A stretch of 64,000 nt of DNA from contig CAWHIJ010000003.1 in assembly GCA_963829525.1 (NCBI GenBank), forward strand, positions 608,001 to 672,000, in the 5' to 3' direction. The notes beneath the pieces are model-generated. The model was not told where the DNA came from and did not search any database. It was given only the letters and a program-made list of their open reading frames with translations. Within the stretch, counting starts at the first letter, position 1. Every line of letters starts with the position of its first letter. Below, piece after piece: positions 9,731 through 19,269 of this stretch. The position numbers and the translations under genes are program-made. The stretch is from an uncultured Actinomycetota bacterium. GTDB taxonomy: Bacteria > Actinomycetota > Actinomycetes > JAHEKZ01.

Positions 9731-11275
9731 GTGTCAGACTCACTCGCTGTGACGAATGGCCGCCCCTCACACGTCGCGGAGTACCTCTCCCGCGCGGCGG
9801 CTGCGCGCCCCGATCACCCCGGCCTCGTGGTGGGGGCGAGCCGCATGAGCTGGTCCGATGTCGACCGCGCGGCCGACAAGTGCGCCGCGGGGCTCCGGGC
9901 CTGGGGCGTCACGGCCGGTGATCGTGTCGGCCTCTTCCTGGGAAACCGCCCTGAGTTCGTGATCGGCTACTTCGGTGCGCTTCGGGCCGGGGCCGTGGTG
10001 GTCCCGGTTGACCCGGCGCTGACGGCTCCGGAGGTTGCTCAGATTGCCGAGCACGTCGGGCTGTCACTGGTGATGGTCGATCGAAACACCACTGGGGTCG
10101 CGGAGCAGGCGGCGCCGGATCTGCCGCGGGTGTTGGCCGCTGCCGGTGCCCGGGAAAAGTCGTTCGACGCACTGCTCGCGGCCGGCATTGGGGTCGACGT
10201 CCCCATGCCGGCTGGCGGGGAGTCTCTGGCTGTTGTGATCTATACGTCCGGAACCGGTGGCGACGCCAAAGGAGCGATGCTGACGCACCGAGCGCTCATC
10301 GCCAACGTCGAGCAGGTGGCCAGTGCCCAGGTACCAGTCGTCGATCCTGACGATGTGGTGCTCGGGCTGCTGCCACTCACCCACGTCTACGGACTCGCCG
10401 GCACTTTGGGTGCGGTGGTTCGGGCTGCCGCGACGATCGTGCTCGTTGACGGAGTAGACGTCGTGCGGGCTCTGCCACTGGTACCCCAGTACGGAGTCAC
10501 GAACGTCCCGGGTGCGCCGGCCCTCTGGGCCGCTTGGTCTGCGTCTTCGGACGCTGTCGACATGCTCGATGGTTTACGCATCGCCTTCAGCGGATCTGCG
10601 GCGTTGCCGCCTGAGGTGCAGCATCGAGTTCACACTTTGACCGGTTGGTACGTGCACGAGGGGTACGGCCTCACTGAGGCAGCACCGGGCGTGAGCTCGA
10701 CTGTGGTGTCTGGGCACGCCAAGCCGGGGTCGGTCGGCCAGCCCTTCGTCGGTATCGAAGTGCGACTTGTCGACGATGAGGGCGTAGACATCGATCCAGC
10801 TGAGGGTGACCCAGGAGAGATCTGGATCAAGGGCGACAACCTGTTCAGCGGGTACTGGCCCGACGGAGCCGGCGGCCCAGACGCCAACGGTTGGTACGCC
10901 ACCGGAGACGTCGCATTCGCAGATGAGGACGGCGACCTGCACATCGTCGATCGCCGCAAGGATGTCGTCATCGTCAGCGGATTCAACGTGTATCCGCATG
11001 AGGTGGAGACGGTGCTGCTGCAGCTTCCAGGTGTGCGTGAAGCTGCGGCGGTCGGAGTGCCTGATGACCGCACGGGCGAGGCGGTGAAGGCGTTCGTGGT
11101 GCTCGGTGACCGGTCGCTCACGATCGATGAGATCCAGGAGTACGCCGCCGCGCGCCTGGCGCGGTTCAAGCGGCCGAAGGAGGTCGAGGTCGTGGACGCC
11201 CTGCCGCACTCGCTGACCGGCAAGGTGGCGCGAGGTCGACTTCAGCCTGGACGCGTGGGGGAGGAACAGCCATGA
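9731..11275 (+). CDS. AMP-binding long-chain acyl-CoA ligase
   Basis: YTSGTGGDAKG, EGYGLTE, TGD and GFNVYPHEVE. Start uncertain; GTG 9731 chosen. Confidence 0.9.
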   Translation: MSDSLAVTNGRPSHVAEYLSRAAAARPDHPGLVVGASRMSWSDVDRAADKCAAGLRAWGVTAGDRVGLFLGNRPEFVIGYFGALRAGAVVVPVDPALTAPEVAQIAEHVGLSLVMVDRNTTGVAEQAAPDLPRVLAAAGAREKSFDALLAAGIGVDVPMPAGGESLAVVIYTSGTGGDAKGAMLTHRALIANVEQVASAQVPVVDPDDVVLGLLPLTHVYGLAGTLGAVVRAAATIVLVDGVDVVRALPLVPQYGVTNVPGAPALWAAWSASSDAVDMLDGLRIAFSGSAALPPEVQHRVHTLTGWYVHEGYGLTEAAPGVSSTVVSGHAKPGSVGQPFVGIEVRLVDDEGVDIDPAEGDPGEIWIKGDNLFSGYWPDGAGGPDANGWYATGDVAFADEDGDLHIVDRRKDVVIVSGFNVYPHEVETVLLQLPGVREAAAVGVPDDRTGEAVKAFVVLGDRSLTIDEIQEYAAARLARFKRPKEVEVVDALPHSLTGKVARGRLQPGRVGEEQP

Positions 11276-11523
11276 GCGGTGCGCCGGACGCGCGAATCAC
11301 CCTGCTGGGTAAGCCCGGCTGTCATCTCTGCGACGAAGCCCGCGTGGTGATCGAGCGGGTGGCTTCCGACGTGGGCGTTGGCTGGGCCGAGGTCGACATC
11401 ACCGGCGACCCCGAGCTGCGGGCCAAGTGGTGGGACCAGATTCCGGTAACGCTCGTCGACGGCGTCCAGCACGACTTCTGGCGGGTTGACGAGCGGCGGC
11501 TTCGCCAGGCCCTGAGCCGCTAG
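11272..11523 (+). CDS. Glutaredoxin-like protein (DUF836)
   Basis: KPGCHLC and IPVTLVDG, in its usual position upstream of rex. Confidence 0.9.
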   Translation: MSGAPDARITLLGKPGCHLCDEARVVIERVASDVGVGWAEVDITGDPELRAKWWDQIPVTLVDGVQHDFWRVDERRLRQALSR

Positions 11524-11600
11524 CCCCCGGCGTGTCGGGTCCCGCCCCCGACAGCGGACTGGGACTCTAGCCACGTCTTGTTCCTGAGGAGGGGTTGGCG

Positions 11601-11999
11601 ATGGTCGGATTTGGTGAGGCGATCAAGCGGGCGTTTGCCGGCTGGTCAACGTGGGAAGGGCGCGCCACGCGCGCCGAATACTGGTGGTGGTTCCTTTTCG
11701 TGTGGCTGGTGTCGTTCATTCCCTACGTTGGGATCTTCGCGAGCATGGACTGGACGTCGAACGGTGACGGTTCGGTGTCAGGATCCGGCAGCGGCGCGTC
11801 GGTGATCTGGTGGATCATTTTCCTGGTGCTCTGGGCGGCATTCATTCTTCCTTCAATCGCTGTCACCGTTCGCCGGTTGCACGACACGAACCGATCGGGC
11901 TGGTGGTACTGGGTGGCTTTGATTCCCTGCATCGGTGGTATCTGGTACCTGATCTTGATGCTGCAGCCGAGCAGCCAAGGGCAAAACCAGTACGGCTAA
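11601..11999 (+). CDS. DUF805 (YhaH-like) membrane protein
   Basis: GRATRAEYWW, PSIAVTVRRLHDTNRSGWW and NQYG. Confidence 0.92.
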   Translation: MVGFGEAIKRAFAGWSTWEGRATRAEYWWWFLFVWLVSFIPYVGIFASMDWTSNGDGSVSGSGSGASVIWWIIFLVLWAAFILPSIAVTVRRLHDTNRSGWWYWVALIPCIGGIWYLILMLQPSSQGQNQYG

Positions 12000-12021
12000 G
12001 GCTCGCAACAAGAGCTCTCCA

Positions 12022-12078
12022 ACAAAGTTGCGCGGGTGCCCGTCTCATAGCGTGAGACGGGCACCCGCGCAACTTTGT
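12022..12078. repeat. Perfect 26-bp inverted repeat with 5-nt loop (REP-like element or terminator)
   Basis: ACAAAGTTGCGCGGGTGCCCGTCTCA-TAGCG-TGAGACGGGCACCCGCGCAACTTTGT. Confidence 0.9.
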
Positions 12079-12092
12079 GCGTTCCTTCACAA
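12075..12092. promoter_or_regulatory. Rex operator upstream of the rex-hem operon
   Basis: TTGTGCGTTCCTTCACAA fits the 18-bp TTGTG-N8-CACAA Rex box; a -10-like TAACCT follows. Confidence 0.8.
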
Positions 12093-12205
12093 GCGCCTAA
12101 CCTGACGGCGAGCCCGTTCCCCAGCGCTGGCCCAGCCCTGCACCCTTGCAGGCTCTGGGATCCACGACAGGGGCCGGGCATGTTCCGTAGCCGCAGGAGA
12201 CCGCC

Positions 12206-12895
12206 GTGACCGATCGCGCAGACGCCGAACGCGCTGTCGGCGTACGCCGAGGCGGGGTCCCCGAGGCGACTGTCGGCCGTCTGCCCCTCTATCACCGAGT
12301 GCTCGTTGACCTTGCTGACTCCGGCGTCGCCACTGTTTCATCCGACGCGCTCGCAACTACCGCTGGAGTCAGCCCGGCCAAACTGCGCAAGGACCTTTCC
12401 TTCCTCGGCTCCTACGGCACCCGCGGCGTCGGCTACGAAGTCTCGGTGCTGATCGACCAGATCGGTGCCGAGCTCGGAATCTCTTCCGAATGGCCGGTCG
12501 TCATCGTCGGGATCGGCCACCTCGGCCATGCACTGGCCAACTATGGCGGCTTTGCCTCGCGCGGCTTCCGACTTGTCGCCCTCTTCGATGACGCCCCACA
12601 GCTGGTGGGCACCGAGGTCGCCGGCCTCACCGTACGTCCGTTCGCAGATCTCCCTTCGGTCGCTGGCACCGAGGGAGTGCTGATCGGAGTGGTGGCGACC
12701 CCGGCCCCGGCGGCCCAGCAGGTTGCTGACGCGCTGGTAGCGGCAGGCATCAACAGCATCCTCAACTTCGCGCCGGTCGTCCTCGCGGTGCCGCCCATGG
12801 TTGACGTGCGCAGGGTCGACCTCGCCAGCGAGCTGCAGATCCTTGCCTTCCACCAGCAGCGCCGCAGCGACGATCTCAGGCAGGTGGCTCGATGA
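12206..12895 (+). CDS. rex: Redox-sensing transcriptional repressor Rex
   Basis: RLPLY, LRKDLSFLGSYGTRGVGY, GIGHLGHAL and ILNFAP. Confidence 0.97.
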   Translation: MTDRADAERAVGVRRGGVPEATVGRLPLYHRVLVDLADSGVATVSSDALATTAGVSPAKLRKDLSFLGSYGTRGVGYEVSVLIDQIGAELGISSEWPVVIVGIGHLGHALANYGGFASRGFRLVALFDDAPQLVGTEVAGLTVRPFADLPSVAGTEGVLIGVVATPAPAAQQVADALVAAGINSILNFAPVVLAVPPMVDVRRVDLASELQILAFHQQRRSDDLRQVAR

Positions 12896-14196
12896 GCCTC
12901 CTTGCCCTCGGTGTGTCACACCGCACCGCACCCGTGCCGATGCTTGAGCGGCTCGCTCTCGCGGCGGACGGGCAGACCAAGCTCCTGCACGAGCTCACCG
13001 AGAACGCGGCTATCCACGAGGCCATGGTGGTGGCCACGTGCAACCGCATCGAGGTTTACGTCGAGGCCGACAAGTTCCACCCCGCAGTGGACGCGGCAAC
13101 CGAAGGGCTTGCCCGGGCCACCGGTGTGTCGCCCGACGAGCTCGTCCCGCACCTGTACGTGCACTACGAGGACCGCGCCATCCAGCATCTTTTCGGAGTG
13201 GCCAGTGGCCTCGACTCGATGGTGGTCGGTGAGTCGCAGATTCTCGGCCAGGTACGTCAGTCGCTGCGAACCGCGCAGGACGAAGGCAGCCTCGGACGCG
13301 ACCTCAACGACCTCGTCCAGACAGCGCTGCGCGTTGGAAAGCGCGCTCATGCCGAGACCGGCATCGACCAGGCCGGCGCATCGCTGGTATCGGTCGGTCT
13401 CGATCTCGCTGCGCGGTCGCTCGAGGGCCTGGCGGGAAGGACAGCCTTCATCGTCGGCGCCGGCTCGATGGCATCGTTGGCGGCAAGCACCGCTGCTCGC
13501 CAGGGAATGAGCGTCATCGTTGCCAACCGCACGGCCGCCCGCGCCGAGCATCTGGCATCGAGCATCGGGGGTCTCGCGATCTCGATCGACGCTATCGCCG
13601 ACGGCATCGCCTCAGCTGATCTGGTGGTCTCGTGCACCGGGGCTGTCGGTCACGTGGTTCCCGCCGACATTGTTGCCGAGGCACGCTTGCAGGCAGGAAA
13701 CCGTACACAGGTGATGCTCGACCTCGCGATGCCACGCGACATCGATCCGGAGGTGCTGGGCGTCCACGGTGTCACCTTGATCGACCTCGACGACCTTGGC
13801 GCGCTGCTCTCCGACGGCCAGTACGAACAGGACGTCGAAGGCGTGCGTCGCATCGTTGGCGCCGAGGTGCAGAACTACCTCAGTGCGCGGGTCGCGGAAA
13901 AGGTGGCGCCGACCGTTGTTGCGCTTCGAGCTCTGGCGTCGGAGATCGTGGCTTATGAGCTCGAGTGGTTCGCGACCAAGCGTCCCGACCTGTCTGAGGC
14001 GGATCGTGCAGACGTTGAGCAACTCCTGCGTCGGGTCGTCGACAAGCTGCTGCACGCCCCCACGGTGCGCGTCAAAGAGCTCGCCGCTGAGCCGGACGGT
14101 GAGGCGTACGCCGAGGCGTTGCACAGACTTTTCAACCTCGACCTGCGAACTGTCGAGGCGCTGCGCACCCCCGACATCGAGGACGGTTCGCGATGA
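12892..14196 (+). CDS. hemA: Glutamyl-tRNA reductase
   Basis: TCNRIE, SGLDSMVVGESQILGQV, DLAMPRD and KLLHAP. Confidence 0.97.
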   Translation: MSLLALGVSHRTAPVPMLERLALAADGQTKLLHELTENAAIHEAMVVATCNRIEVYVEADKFHPAVDAATEGLARATGVSPDELVPHLYVHYEDRAIQHLFGVASGLDSMVVGESQILGQVRQSLRTAQDEGSLGRDLNDLVQTALRVGKRAHAETGIDQAGASLVSVGLDLAARSLEGLAGRTAFIVGAGSMASLAASTAARQGMSVIVANRTAARAEHLASSIGGLAISIDAIADGIASADLVVSCTGAVGHVVPADIVAEARLQAGNRTQVMLDLAMPRDIDPEVLGVHGVTLIDLDDLGALLSDGQYEQDVEGVRRIVGAEVQNYLSARVAEKVAPTVVALRALASEIVAYELEWFATKRPDLSEADRADVEQLLRRVVDKLLHAPTVRVKELAAEPDGEAYAEALHRLFNLDLRTVEALRTPDIEDGSR

Positions 14197-15125
14197 CCGC
14201 TCTCAGATTGGGGACGCGAAAGAGCGCGTTGGCGCTCGCACAGTCGACCCTCGTGGCCGACGCTATTCGCTCGGCCACCGGCCGCGAGGTAGAGCTTGTC
14301 CATGTCACCACTGAAGGTGACGTCTCGAAAGAGTCGCTGGCGTCGCTGGGTGGCACCGGAATCTTCGTCAGCGCGCTTCGCGACGCATTGCTGATGGGTG
14401 AGATCGACCTCGCCGTGCATTCGCTCAAAGACCTGCCGACTGACGAGCTGCCCGAGCTCGAGCTTGTTGCCGTCCCCGAGCGTGCGGACGCGCGCGACGC
14501 GTTGGTGGCGCGCGACGGGCTCACCCTCGAGTCCTTGCCGGCCGGTGCCACCGTCGGAACCGGGTCTCCGCGCCGAGCAGCGCAGCTGAAGGCGTTGCGT
14601 CCTGACCTCGACGTCGTCGACATCCGCGGCAACGTCGATACGCGGATCGGGCTGGTCGACTCCGGGCGAGTTGACGCGGTTGTGCTGGCCAAGGCAGGCC
14701 TGCAGCGACTTGGCCGGCTCGACGTCATCACCGAGACCATCGACCCATCGGTGATGCTTCCCGCGCCCGGGCAGGGCGCCCTTGCTGTCGAGGTGGTTCG
14801 CGATCTAGCCAGGGACGATCGGCATGCGCCTCTTCGCCAGATTGACGACGCCGCAACGCGCGCGGCCGTCACCGCAGAACGTGCTGTGCTCTCCGCCCTC
14901 GAGGCGGGTTGCTCAGCCCCTGTCGGCGCCCTCGGCGTCGTCTCCGAGCTCGGGTTCAGTGAGCCCGAGCTCACCCTCGAGGCGCTCGTCGCCTCACCGG
15001 ACGGCTCATCTGTCGTCCGGATGTCCACCACCACGCCTCTGCTCGAGGCCGAGACAGCGGGCCGCCAGCTCGCTGCCCGGTTGCTCGACAGCGGCGTAAC
15101 CGCCACATCAAGGGAACACCTGTGA
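14193..15125 (+). CDS. hemC: Hydroxymethylbilane synthase
   Basis: GTRKSALALAQ, VHSLKD, IRGNVDTR and LEAGCSAP. Confidence 0.97.
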   Translation: MTALRLGTRKSALALAQSTLVADAIRSATGREVELVHVTTEGDVSKESLASLGGTGIFVSALRDALLMGEIDLAVHSLKDLPTDELPELELVAVPERADARDALVARDGLTLESLPAGATVGTGSPRRAAQLKALRPDLDVVDIRGNVDTRIGLVDSGRVDAVVLAKAGLQRLGRLDVITETIDPSVMLPAPGQGALAVEVVRDLARDDRHAPLRQIDDAATRAAVTAERAVLSALEAGCSAPVGALGVVSELGFSEPELTLEALVASPDGSSVVRMSTTTPLLEAETAGRQLAARLLDSGVTATSREHL

Positions 15126-16735
15126 GCACACGTACGACCAAGAAAAAGCCAGTCGGTAGCGTCGCGTTTGTCGGCGCCGGACCGGGTGACCCCGATCTGC
15201 TGACGCTCCGTGCCGTTGACACGCTCCGCCGTGCCGACATCGTCGTCGTCGACCAGCACGCCTCGCGCGCAGCGGCCGCCGCTTACGCGCCGGCCGAGGT
15301 CGAGATCGTCGACGCTTCGTGTGGCCAAGATGGTCAGCCACTCACGCACGCAGCGCGCGCCAAGCTGGTGACGAACGCTGCCAAGAAGGGTGGCGTTGTT
15401 GTCCGACTCATGGACGGCGACCCGGCGCTATTCCACGGCTTCGCCGAAGAGGCGCTGGCGTGTGAAAAGAACGGCATCTCCTTCGAGGTCGTTCCTGGCG
15501 CTTCCACTGTCACGTCGGTTCCGACGTATGCCGGCGTCCCGCTGACCACGGCGAAGACGCGTGCGGTGCACGTGGTCTCGGCCGCTGAGGCCAAGCCGGA
15601 CTGGTCGACGCACACCGACCCGCACACCACGGTGGTCATCCTCGGTGGTGCTGCCCGCGTGGCCGACGCCGCCGCCGGAATGGTCCTGGCCGGGCGCACC
15701 GGTGACACTGCTATCGCCGTGACCTCGCAAGGTTCGGTGACCGAGCAGAAGACGATCGTGTCGACGCTCGAGCACGTCGGCAAAGACCTCAAGGCAGCCA
15801 AGCTTCCTGAGCCGATGCTCGCTGTTGTCGGCGAGGGCGTCGACCTTCGCGATCGGCTCTCCTGGTTCGAGTCCAAGCCGCTCTTCGGCTGGCGGGTGCT
15901 GGTGCCGCGTACCAAGGAGCAGGCTGCGTCGCTCTCCGACCAACTGCGCCGCTATGGCGCCGTGCCCGTCGAGGTGCCGACCATCTCGGTCGAGCCACCC
16001 CGGACGCCGCAGCAGATGGACCGTGCTCTGCACGGCCTGGTTTCCGGCCGCTACCAGTGGGTCGCCTTCACCTCGGTCAACGCGGTGCGCGCCATTCGCG
16101 AGAAGTTCGAGGAGTACGGCCTCGACGCCCGCGCGTTCGCCGGGATCAAGGTGGCGGCAGTGGGCGAGCAGACAGCTGCCTCGCTCATCGCGTTCGGCGT
16201 CAAGCCCGACCTGGTGCCCACGGGCGACCAGTCGGCTGCTGGGCTGCTCGAGGACTGGCCCGCCTACGACGACGTGTTCGACCCGATCAACCGCGTCTTC
16301 TTGCCGCGCGCGGACATCGCTACCGAGACGCTTGTCGCCGGACTGATCGAGCTGGGCTGGGAGGTCGAGGACGTCACGGCTTACCGCACGGTTCGCGCCG
16401 CGCCTCCTGCTGCGGAGATCCGTGAGGCCATTAAGACCGGTGGATTCGACGCCGTGCTGTTTACCTCGTCGAGCACCGTTCGTAACCTCATCGGCATCGC
16501 CGGCAAGCCGCACGCAACCACGGTGGTCGCGTGCATTGGTCCGGCCACGGCCAAGACCGCTGAAGAACACGGTCTGCGCGTCGACGTTCTGGCTGACAAG
16601 CCAGCAGTTGCCGTACTGGCCGAGGGCTTGGCCGACTTCGGTGGTGCGCAGCGTCTTGCAGCGCTGGACGCCGGCGAGACCGTGTGGCGTCCGAGCCTGC
16701 GTCGTGGGGCGGCCCGCCGTAAGGCGAGCAAGTAG
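15122..16735 (+). CDS. hemD: Bifunctional uroporphyrinogen-III methyltransferase / uroporphyrinogen-III synthase
   Basis: N-terminal VGAGPGDPDLLT domain; C-terminal HemD domain (FTSVNAV, FTSSSTV, CIGP). Confidence 0.93.
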   Translation: MSTRTTKKKPVGSVAFVGAGPGDPDLLTLRAVDTLRRADIVVVDQHASRAAAAAYAPAEVEIVDASCGQDGQPLTHAARAKLVTNAAKKGGVVVRLMDGDPALFHGFAEEALACEKNGISFEVVPGASTVTSVPTYAGVPLTTAKTRAVHVVSAAEAKPDWSTHTDPHTTVVILGGAARVADAAAGMVLAGRTGDTAIAVTSQGSVTEQKTIVSTLEHVGKDLKAAKLPEPMLAVVGEGVDLRDRLSWFESKPLFGWRVLVPRTKEQAASLSDQLRRYGAVPVEVPTISVEPPRTPQQMDRALHGLVSGRYQWVAFTSVNAVRAIREKFEEYGLDARAFAGIKVAAVGEQTAASLIAFGVKPDLVPTGDQSAAGLLEDWPAYDDVFDPINRVFLPRADIATETLVAGLIELGWEVEDVTAYRTVRAAPPAAEIREAIKTGGFDAVLFTSSSTVRNLIGIAGKPHATTVVACIGPATAKTAEEHGLRVDVLADKPAVAVLAEGLADFGGAQRLAALDAGETVWRPSLRRGAARRKASK

Positions 16736-16737
16736 CG

Positions 16738-17718
16738 ATGGCGTTTCCCACCGACCGTCCGCGGCGTCTGCGGCGCACCGCTGCGCTGCGGCGGCTGGTG
16801 GAACAGACCAGGCTTCATCCGGCTGACTTCGTGCTGCCGCTCTTCGTCAAGGAAGGGCTGGCGGAACCGCGGGATGTGGCATCCATGCCGGGGGTGCAGC
16901 AGCATTCGCTCGAGTCGTTGCGCAAGGTAGCGGACGAGGCGGTGACGGCTGGCGTTGGCGGGCTGATTCTCTTTGGAATCCCGGAGGAGAAGGACGCCAC
17001 CGGGACACAGGCCGATGCGGCCGATGGCATCGTGCAGCAGGCGCTTCGCGCGTTGCGCAGCGATCTTGGTGACAGCACTGTGCTGATGGCTGACCTATGC
17101 CTCTGCGAGTACACCGACCACGGCCACTGTGGGCCGCTGACCGCGGATGGCTCTACGGTCGACAACGATGTGACGCTCATGCGCTACGCCTCGGTAGCGA
17201 GGGCACAGGTTGAAGCTGGTGCTGACGTCGTCGCGCCGAGCGGAATGATGGACGGCCAGGTTGGGGTCATCCGTGACGCAATCGACTCTGCTGGCTATGC
17301 CGACCGCGCGATACTCGCGTACGCGGCGAAGTACGCATCGGCGTTCTACGGCCCGTTCCGTGACGCCGCCGAGAGCACGCCGTCGTTCGGTGATCGCCGC
17401 GGATACCAGATGCACCCGGCAAATGGTGATGAGGCAACCCTGGAGGTCTTCGCTGATCTCGAGCAGGGTGCAGACGCGGTGATGGTCAAGCCAGCCGGGC
17501 CATATCTCGACGTGATTGCCCGCATCAGCGACGTCGTTGATGTGCCGGTCGCGGCCTACCAGGTGAGCGGCGAGTACGCGATGCTCGAATCGGCGGCCGC
17601 CCAAGGATGGATCGAACGGGAACGCGCGATCGTCGAGTCGGTCACGGCGATCAAGCGTGCTGGCGCGCGGACCATCCTGACGTACTGGGCCGCCGAGATC
17701 GCCCTGTCGCTCCACTGA
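16738..17718 (+). CDS. hemB: Porphobilinogen synthase
   Basis: CLCEYTDHGHC, APSGMMDG, YGPFRDAA, MVKP and YQVSGEY. Confidence 0.97.
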   Translation: MAFPTDRPRRLRRTAALRRLVEQTRLHPADFVLPLFVKEGLAEPRDVASMPGVQQHSLESLRKVADEAVTAGVGGLILFGIPEEKDATGTQADAADGIVQQALRALRSDLGDSTVLMADLCLCEYTDHGHCGPLTADGSTVDNDVTLMRYASVARAQVEAGADVVAPSGMMDGQVGVIRDAIDSAGYADRAILAYAAKYASAFYGPFRDAAESTPSFGDRRGYQMHPANGDEATLEVFADLEQGADAVMVKPAGPYLDVIARISDVVDVPVAAYQVSGEYAMLESAAAQGWIERERAIVESVTAIKRAGARTILTYWAAEIALSLH

Positions 17719-17747
17719 TTGGTAGCATATAGAGTAGCATTACGGGT

Positions 17748-17972
17748 ATGAAACTGAGTGTCAGCCTGCCTGACGAGGACATCGAGTTCATCGACGCCTT
17801 CGCCGAACTCCGCGGGGCGCCTTCGCGGTCGGCCGTGTTGCAGCGGGCGGTCGCGATGCTGCGGCAATCGCAGCTCGCTGAGTCCTATGCGGATGCCTTC
17901 GCCGAGTGGGACCAGTCATCGGACGCGAACGCTTGGGAGTCCGCGACCGATGATGGATGGACGTCGGAGTGA
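17748..17972 (+). CDS. mazE: Ribbon-helix-helix antitoxin (MazE9-like), probably leaderless
   Basis: MKLSVSLPDEDIEFID..SRSA..A.W.....DG. TAGCAT -10 lies 7 nt before the ATG, with GTAGCAT direct repeats at 17722 and 17734. Confidence 0.85.
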   Translation: MKLSVSLPDEDIEFIDAFAELRGAPSRSAVLQRAVAMLRQSQLAESYADAFAEWDQSSDANAWESATDDGWTSE

Positions 17973-18316
17973 GACGAGGCGAGGTCAGATGGGTGCGGCT
18001 AGACCCCGCTGAGGGATCTGAAGCCAAGAAGCGGCGCCCGGCGATCATCGTGAGCACCGACGGGGCCAATAGCACCGCGTCCCGACTTGGACGTGGGGTT
18101 GTTACCGTCGTTCCGTTGAGTTCGAACACCGCGCGAGTCTTTCCGTTCCAGGTGCTGGTTCCGGCGGAAGCGTCGGGTCTGCAAACGGAAAGCAAAGCGC
18201 AGGCAGAGCAGGTTCGTTCCTTGTCGGTCACGCGCATTGGATCCCGTATCGGAATGCTGCCTGACGACCTTGTCCGGAAGCTCAATGATGCATTGCGAAC
18301 ACACCTCGACCTGTAG
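17969..18316 (+). CDS. mazF: PemK/MazF endoribonuclease toxin (MazF9-like)
   Basis: RRGEV..V.LDP..GSE..K.RPAIIVS, VVPLSSN and KAQAEQVRS; GTGA overlap with the antitoxin. Confidence 0.92.
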   Translation: MRRGEVRWVRLDPAEGSEAKKRRPAIIVSTDGANSTASRLGRGVVTVVPLSSNTARVFPFQVLVPAEASGLQTESKAQAEQVRSLSVTRIGSRIGMLPDDLVRKLNDALRTHLDL

Positions 18317-18382
18317 CAGCGGGACCAACGTCCATCCACGTCGCACGCCTGCGCGCGTACCTTGGCCTTGGAGGTGTCCACC

Positions 18383-19256
18383 ATGGGCGAACCGGCCATC
18401 CGCACCGCGGGGCTCACCAAGCACTTCGGTGACGTTGTCGCGCTCGACGACCTGACGCTCGAGGTGCAGCAGGGCGAGATTTTCGGCTTTCTGGGGCCCA
18501 ACGGTGCCGGCAAGAGCACGACCATTCGGCTGCTGCTCCACCTGATTCGTCCAACGGCTGGCGAGGCCTGGGTCATGGGCATCCCCGTTGACGACGTGAG
18601 GCGGGCTCACGAGCACGTCACCTACGTCCCCGGTGACGTTGCCCTCTGGCCACAGCTGACCGGGATCGAGACGCTCGAGCTGCTGGGCAACATCTCAGGC
18701 AACGTCGACCCTGCCTTTCGCGACGAACTGGTCGAGCGTCTTCAGTTTGACCCGAGCAAACGCATGCGTTCGTACTCCAAGGGGAACCGCCAGAAGGTTG
18801 CGCTCGTCGCCGCGTTCATGACACGTCCGGACGTACTCCTTCTCGATGAGCCGACTGCGGGACTCGACCCGTTGATGGAGGAGGAGTTCCAGCATCTTGC
18901 CCGCGATGCCTCTGCTCGTGGGCAGACGATCTTCCTCTCTTCCCACATCCTCGATGAGGTCGAGGACCTCTGCCATCGAGTGGCCATCCTGCGTGAAGGG
19001 CACCTGATCAAGGTGGCGACCCTCGATGAGCTGCAGGAGATCGACACGACGATCTTCGAGCTTTCACATCGACGGAGCCATCCCAGAGTTCGATGACGTT
19101 GACGGGGTCATCCAGGTCGATGCGATCGACGGTGGAGTCCGTGTGACGGTGAAGGGTTCGCCAGACTCCTTGCTACGCATGCTCTCGACCCTGTCAGTCC
19201 GTCAGTTGCGGACGCACCAACCGTCTCTCGAAGAGATCTTCCTCAGCTACTACTGA
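18383..19256 (+). pseudogene. ABC-2 exporter ATP-binding protein with a 1-nt frameshift near 19062-19064 (real lesion or sequencing error)
   Basis: GPNGAGKST, YSKGNRQK and LLDEPT in one frame. The C-terminal domain ending PSLEEIFLSYY is in the +1 frame; removing one T from CTTT joins them. Confidence 0.75.
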
Positions 19257-19269
19257 TCGGAGGCGTCGG

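Noticed and set aside
19061-19066. prfB-like programmed +1 frameshift at CTT-T
   Set aside because: There is no stop codon after CTT and no closely spaced internal SD; an indel is simpler.
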